Positions 59,448 to 64,000 of a DNA stretch of 64,000 bases are shown one piece after another (position 1 is the stretch's first letter; each line of letters begins with the position of its first letter). The notes below the pieces were generated by a model. That model had not been told where the DNA came from. It searched no databases and saw only the letters and a program-made list of their open reading frames with translations. The stretch lies in assembly GCA_937924555.1 (NCBI GenBank), contig CALDSN010000098.1, positions 28,976-92,975 of the forward strand, written 5' to 3'. The translations under genes were made by a program, and so were the position numbers. This DNA comes from an uncultured bacterium (GTDB lineage: Bacteria > Cloacimonadota > Cloacimonadia > Cloacimonadales > Cloacimonadaceae).

Positions 59448-59463
59448 TGCAAGTTTCGTGCCA
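59448..59463 (-). promoter_or_regulatory. sigma54 -24/-12 promoter
   Basis: Minus strand TGGCACGAAACTTGCA, exact match to TGGCACG-N4-TTGCA. Confidence 0.75.
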
Positions 59464-59477
59464 AGGGGTAAGCAAAA

Positions 59478-59553
59478 TGGCATCCCGTAGGGGAATCGAA
59501 CCCCTGTTGCGTGACTGAGAATCACGAGTCCTAGGCCACTAGACGAACGGGAC
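59478..59553 (-). tRNA. tRNA-Glu(CTC)
   Basis: Cloverleaf; anticodon arm CGTGA-TTCTCAG-TCACG; GGTTCGATTCC; encoded CCA. Confidence 0.96.
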
Positions 59554-59594
59554 GAATAACAAGCGGTTTTCATAAAATGGCAAAACCAAAAAAC

Positions 59595-59669
59595 TGGCGA
59601 CCCCTAGGGGAATCGAACCCCTCTTGCAAGAATGAAAATCTTGAGTCCTGACCGATAGACGAAGGGGTC
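59595..59669 (-). tRNA. tRNA-Glu(TTC)
   Basis: Anticodon arm CAAGA-TTTTCAT-TCTTG; T-loop; encoded CCA. Confidence 0.96.
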
Positions 59670-59675
59670 GCAAAC

Positions 59676-59750
59676 TGGTGATCCAGGGCAGGCTCGAACT
59701 GCCGACTCTCTGCTTAAAAGGCAGATACTCTACCACTGAGTTACTGGACC
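59676..59750 (-). tRNA. tRNA-Lys(TTT)
   Basis: Anticodon arm TCTGC-CTTTTAA-GCAGA; GTTCGAG; encoded CCA. Confidence 0.96.
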
Positions 59751-60080
59751 TATTTTCGGTTAAGTTTTCTCACCAAATTTAGGAGCCCGGTTTCTGTCAA
59801 GGAAAAAGTGGTTGCTTTTCTGCCACATACCACTCATTTACATTCTGTCACGCATTTCTGAAGCATGACTATGGGAGTGTCTTTCCTTATTTGTTGCTAT
59901 CTGAGTTGTTTGCTGGCTTCCGAGGGCATGAATTAGGTTGACAGATTTGATATTATGCAATTTATGCTTGCGGCTATCTCAGTTTACTTACTGGCACAGC
60001 TTGATATAGCCATGTAGTGTAGATTGAATGTTGTACGCTTTTCGATGCACTCATCTAATAAGAATAAGTGGGAGTCCCCT

Positions 60081-60243
60081 ATGAAACAGTTGTTGTTGAT
60101 TTTGATTACATTGTGCTTTGTTGTGATTAGCTATGCCCAAACCCCTGTATGGCAATGGACTACCGGAGCAACTGTGAGCGGAAGTCAGTTTTGTAAAGAT
60201 GCTTGCTTTGATAGTAATTGCTAAACTTGGTGGAGAGCTGTAG
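60081..60243 (+). pseudogene. Collapsed remnant of a secreted SBBP-type beta-propeller protein
   Basis: RBS GGAG, signal peptide, AQTPVWQW..., stop after 47 aa; +1 frame reads IVIAKLGGEL*. Confidence 0.6.
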
Positions 60244-60283
60244 TGACCTTTGACATTTACAATATGCTTGCTCTAACTCACGC

Positions 60284-61150
60284 TTGATGCACTACCAAAC
60301 CTATAAACGGATTCTCTCGCCCTCTGGGGGGATGAATATCTACCGGGGCTGTAATCACGGTTGTATTTATTGCGACAGTCGCAGCAAATGCTACGGTATG
60401 CTGCACGATTTCGAGGATATAGAAGTAAAAACTGATGCTCCAGTTATGCTGAGAGAAGAGCTTAAATCCAAACGTAAAAAGTGTATCATCGGCACCGGGG
60501 CTATGAGCGATCCATACATTCCCCTGGAAGCAGAACTGCAATACACTCGCAGGTGCCTGATGGAGATTGCGGAGCAAGGCTTTGGCTTAGCGATACAAAC
60601 GAAATCCAAGCTCATCCTGCGAGATTTGGATTTACTGCAAGAGATTAACCGCAATGCCCGTTGTGTGGTGCAAATGACGCTAACCACATACAATGAATCT
60701 CTATGTAAGCTGCTGGAACCGGATGTGTGCGGCACTGCCGAAAGAGTGGAAGTATTACAGATACTGCATGACAATCATATTCCCACCGTGGTGTGGCTGT
60801 GCCCTATCCTGCCTTTTATCAACGATACGGAGGATAATCTGCGTGGAATATTGGGTTATTGCCGAGAAGTGGGAGTGCGAGGCATCCTGAACTTCGGAAT
60901 TGGCATGACTCTGCGCGAAGGTAACCGAGAATACTTCTATGCCAAGCTGGATCAGCATTTTCCATTGCTACGGCAGCGTTATGTAAGGAGTTATGGCAAC
61001 AGCTATATCCTCAACTCTCCCAATCACAAAAGCCTGATGCGCATCTTCAATGCTTATTGCGATGAGGCTGGTATCTTATATGGTGAGAACAGGATATTTG
61101 CATATTTGAGGCAGTGGGAACCGGATGCTGAGCAATTGGAGATTTTCTAA
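60284..61150 (+). CDS. Radical SAM protein, SplB/Rv2578c-like
   Basis: MNIYRGCNHGCIYCDSR, GAMSDPY, IQTKS, PILPFIND. Confidence 0.9.
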   Translation: MMHYQTYKRILSPSGGMNIYRGCNHGCIYCDSRSKCYGMLHDFEDIEVKTDAPVMLREELKSKRKKCIIGTGAMSDPYIPLEAELQYTRRCLMEIAEQGFGLAIQTKSKLILRDLDLLQEINRNARCVVQMTLTTYNESLCKLLEPDVCGTAERVEVLQILHDNHIPTVVWLCPILPFINDTEDNLRGILGYCREVGVRGILNFGIGMTLREGNREYFYAKLDQHFPLLRQRYVRSYGNSYILNSPNHKSLMRIFNAYCDEAGILYGENRIFAYLRQWEPDAEQLEIF

Positions 61151-61163
61151 GCCCTTTCTTGGA

Positions 61164-61236
61164 ATCATTGCATGATCATTGCATGTTTATTACGGACAAA
61201 ACATGCAATGATTAGGTAATGATTATGCAATTCAAG
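61164..61236. repeat. Palindromic repeat family A, copy 3
   Basis: ATCATTGCATG x2; loop is near reverse complement of copy-1 loop. Confidence 0.88.
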
Positions 61237-61354
61237 CAAGGAGGTCTATGCCGAAGCGAGAAGAAAAACCTGCTTGATTAAGGAGACCAAAAAAACACTT
61301 GACCAATATAAGCATATCTTATATGGGGAAGAATATGATAAAAATGGAGCCAAA

Positions 61355-61666
61355 ATGAACATACATTTTCGTGATGTCCAGACCGGCAGCGTGGAAGCCA
61401 GAGCAATTCTGGAGATAGCTGAGGGAGTGTTTTTGAACGAAGTAACCATCTTGAACATTGATGGTGAAACGGTGGTGGAGTTCCCCCGTAAGAGCTTTGT
61501 GGGCAAAACCAAACGAACTTTCTATATCGATATCATCACCTTTGAAGATAACGATAAACGCATAGTGTGGGAACTGGAAGTGAAAAAAGCCTATCGTGAG
61601 TGGCGTAAGACGAACAAGAAAGTCCTTGTATATGAAGAAAATAAGATAAATGGAGGATCATCATGA
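61355..61666 (+). CDS. Small protein, divergent SpoVG-like fold
   Basis: RBS GGAG; pattern A.A.lei..g..l.ev.i...G..V.FP.K...DI..R...v..AY. Confidence 0.5.
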   Translation: MNIHFRDVQTGSVEARAILEIAEGVFLNEVTILNIDGETVVEFPRKSFVGKTKRTFYIDIITFEDNDKRIVWELEVKKAYREWRKTNKKVLVYEENKINGGSS

Positions 61667-62877
61667 TCACCGATTTGCAAGATATCCTATCGACCAATAT
61701 CAAGGGTATGAAGCGTTCCGCAATTCGCGAACTGCTGAAGTATCTTGGAACTCCGGGCCTGATCTCCTTTTCCGGAGGTTTTCCCAGCCCTGCTTCCTTC
61801 CCCACGGAAGAGCTGAAAGAGATAATTACGGACGTTATGGACAATGAGGCTGCCTATGCCCTGCAATATGGTGCCACAGAGGGAGATATCCTGCTGCGCA
61901 CCTTGTTGGTGGAGCGTTACAAAGCCAGCGGCGTGGACATGAGCATCGATAATATGATCATCACCACTGCCTCACAGCAGGCTTTGGATCTCATTGCCAA
62001 GATGTTCATCAATCGTGGCGACTATGTAATCGTGGGCTTGCCCTCCTATCTGGGTGGACTTTCTGCCTTCAATTCATACGGAGCTAATATGGTTGGCATC
62101 CCCATGGATGAGGAAGGCGAAGACCCCAACATCCTTGAAGCCAAGCTGATAGAGCTTATCGGCATGGGTAAGAAACCGAAGTTTATCTATCTGATTCCTG
62201 ATTTCCAGAACCCAGCGGGGGTAACTATGAGCGAACGCCGCCGCAAAGAAATCCTGGAATTGGCATATAAGTATGATGTGCTTATTATCGAGGATAGTCC
62301 CTATCGCGAGCTTCGCTATGAAGGTACTGCACAAAAGACCATCTATGAAATGGACGGAACAGGTCATGTGGTGCTGCTTGGCACTTTCAGCAAGATATTC
62401 TGCCCCGGATTCCGCATTGGTTGGGTGGTAGGACATCCCGATGTGCTGGATAAAATCGTGGTGGGCAAACAGGCAACAGACCTATGCACCCCGCCCTTCA
62501 CCCAACGCATTGCTGCCCGTTATATCGAGAGAGGCTTCCTGGATCCCAAGATTGCCGAAATCCGCAAGATGTATGCCAAGAAACAACAGAATATGCTTAA
62601 GTCTCTGGAAGAATACATGCCCGAGGAAGTAAGCTGGACGCACCCTGAAGGCGGATTGTTCTTGATGGCGCATGGACCGGAAAACCTGGATACCAATGCC
62701 ATCCTGCTGGATTGTATCAAGGAAGCCAATGTTGCTTATGTTGCCGGAAACAGCTTCTTCTGCGATGGTAGCGGGAACAACACCATGCGCTTGAACTTCA
62801 GCTATGAAGATATCGAGAAAAACACCGAAGGCTGCCAACGCTTGGGTGCCTTCCTGAAGAAAGTAATCAAGAAATAA
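61663..62877 (+). CDS. PLP-dependent class I aminotransferase (LysN/ARO8-like)
   Basis: ISFSGGFP, LQYG, PDFQNPAG, IIEDSPY, GTFSKIFCPGFRIGW, PEGGLF. Confidence 0.93.
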   Translation: MITDLQDILSTNIKGMKRSAIRELLKYLGTPGLISFSGGFPSPASFPTEELKEIITDVMDNEAAYALQYGATEGDILLRTLLVERYKASGVDMSIDNMIITTASQQALDLIAKMFINRGDYVIVGLPSYLGGLSAFNSYGANMVGIPMDEEGEDPNILEAKLIELIGMGKKPKFIYLIPDFQNPAGVTMSERRRKEILELAYKYDVLIIEDSPYRELRYEGTAQKTIYEMDGTGHVVLLGTFSKIFCPGFRIGWVVGHPDVLDKIVVGKQATDLCTPPFTQRIAARYIERGFLDPKIAEIRKMYAKKQQNMLKSLEEYMPEEVSWTHPEGGLFLMAHGPENLDTNAILLDCIKEANVAYVAGNSFFCDGSGNNTMRLNFSYEDIEKNTEGCQRLGAFLKKVIKK

Positions 62878-62897
62878 AAATATAACCTGGAGGTACG

Positions 62898-63197
62898 ATG
62901 TCCAACAAAGTCGAAAAAGACAGAATGGGCATGATCATTCGTGCGGAAGACACTCCGGAAAAGATGGAAGTGGAAGTTACCGAGGTTAAAGCACCCGGTG
63001 ATGACGATTCTCCCGTACTGATCTATTACAATTGGTGCAAGAAGTGCGGTATCTGCGTAGCTTTTTGCCCCACCGGCTGCTTGGGAAGAAAGAGCGATGG
63101 CTCACCCTATGTGGCAGCACCCGAAAAGTGTATTCACTGTGAAACCTGCGACCGCTTGTGTCCTGATTTCGCCATAACCGGCGCAAAGGACCGTTGA
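62898..63197 (+). CDS. 2x[4Fe-4S] ferredoxin-like delta subunit of 2-oxoacid:ferredoxin oxidoreductase
   Basis: CKKCGICVAFCP, CIHCETCDRLCPDFAI; upstream of korA. Confidence 0.9.
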   Translation: MSNKVEKDRMGMIIRAEDTPEKMEVEVTEVKAPGDDDSPVLIYYNWCKKCGICVAFCPTGCLGRKSDGSPYVAAPEKCIHCETCDRLCPDFAITGAKDR

Positions 63198-63206
63198 GGA
63201 GAAAAG

Positions 63207-64000
63207 ATGCCGAAGAAAGAAATAAAAAGCAAAGCAGCCCCCAAGCCAAAGAAAGAAAGCATCGCCGTGAAACCGGAAAGCAAGCTGAGTGAACTAGAGG
63301 CTACCCGCGAGCGTAAGAATGTGCTGATGCAAGGTAACGAAGCAGTAGCATACGGTGCCTTGGATGCAGGTGTAAACTTCTTTGCCGGATACCCGATAAC
63401 TCCCTCCACCGAAGTGGCAGAAATCCTTGCAGCAGAGCTCCCCAAGCGTGGCGGAACCTTTATCCAGATGGAAGATGAGATTGCCTCAATCTGCGCCATC
63501 ACCGGAGCTTCCCTCGCCGGAGCAAAGTCCCTTACCGCAACCAGCGGACCGGGATTCTCCCTGATGCAGGAAGGCATTGGTTTTGCCAAGATTACCGAAA
63601 CCCCTTGTGTGGTGGTAAACGTGCAGCGCATGGGACCCAGCACCGGCATGCCCACCAGTCCCGCTCAAGGTGACATGATGCAGGCAAAATGGGGCTCTCA
63701 CGGAGACTCCCCGGCAATCGTGCTGTATCCCGCAACGGTTAAAGAAAGTTATGAACTAACTATCAGAGCGGTTAACCTCTCCGAGAAATACCGTACCTGT
63801 GTGATTCTGCTGCTGGATGAGGTAATAGGGCACATGCGTGAAGCCGTGAAATTGCCGGATATGGCGAATGTGCGTGTTATCAACCGCATCAAGCCCACAG
63901 TGCCCCCACATTGGTATAAGCACTATGACGAGAACCAGAAATATCTCTCCCCGCTTGCCAGCTATGGCGAAGGATATCGCTTCCATGTTACGGGCTTGAC
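63207..64000 (+). CDS. korA: 2-oxoacid:ferredoxin oxidoreductase alpha subunit (3'-truncated by window edge)
   Basis: QGNEAVAYGA, AGYPITPSTE, QMEDEIAS, ATSGPGFSLMQE, QRMGPSTG.PT..QGD. Confidence 0.93.
   Translation, partial: MPKKEIKSKAAPKPKKESIAVKPESKLSELEATRERKNVLMQGNEAVAYGALDAGVNFFAGYPITPSTEVAEILAAELPKRGGTFIQMEDEIASICAITGASLAGAKSLTATSGPGFSLMQEGIGFAKITETPCVVVNVQRMGPSTGMPTSPAQGDMMQAKWGSHGDSPAIVLYPATVKESYELTIRAVNLSEKYRTCVILLLDEVIGHMREAVKLPDMANVRVINRIKPTVPPHWYKHYDENQKYLSPLASYGEGYRFHVTGL

Noticed and set aside
57850-59470. TPP or NAD riboswitch for thiN/nadA
   Set aside because: Genes are internal to an operon and no riboswitch consensus was seen
59992-60007. TGGCAC as a fourth sigma54 promoter
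   Set aside because: No GC at -12; spacing wrong (TGGCACAGCTTGATA)
59478-60243. Integrative element at the tRNA cluster
   Set aside because: No integrase and no duplicated tRNA 3' end found in the window

Overview
Chromosomal segment of an anaerobic diderm bacterium, most likely Candidatus Cloacimonadota (Cloacimonas-like). This is inferred from several signal-peptide proteins ending in FlgD-Ig/T9SS-type C-terminal domains, a C25 gingipain-like protease, nifJ/Kor oxidoreductases and overall gene style. Housekeeping blocks are purA...ftsB-GGDEF, comM, nifJ, rsmG-parA-parB-rfbB, pfkA, trmJ, the M23-thiN-xseB-ispA-dut-nadA-ftsX-pgsA operon, three tRNAs and aminotransferase-korD-korA. Most interesting: (1) an eight-gene locus rfbA-crotonase-GNAT-fdtA-fdtB-gtrA-GT2-GT-C that appears to make a 3-acylamido-3,6-dideoxyhexose with an unusual CoA-derived acyl group and attach it via a GtrABC-like lipid-linked route. 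(2) At least seven intergenic long palindromes, in related families, whose arms are built from 11-nt tandem units. (3) A low-GC island with a secreted class II glutamine-amidotransferase-like Ntn hydrolase whose catalytic Cys would be exposed by signal-peptide cleavage, next to a beta-helix cargo whose low-GC passenger is joined to a high-GC export domain. (4) Three sigma54-type promoters in front of envelope/secretion genes. Also present: a cluster of RAYT-type REP hairpins without a transposase, a frameshifted AraC gene, a collapsed beta-propeller remnant and a divergent SpoVG-like ORF. No CRISPR array, rRNA, intact transposase or phage genes were seen. All family assignments are by eye from motifs; no database searches were run.
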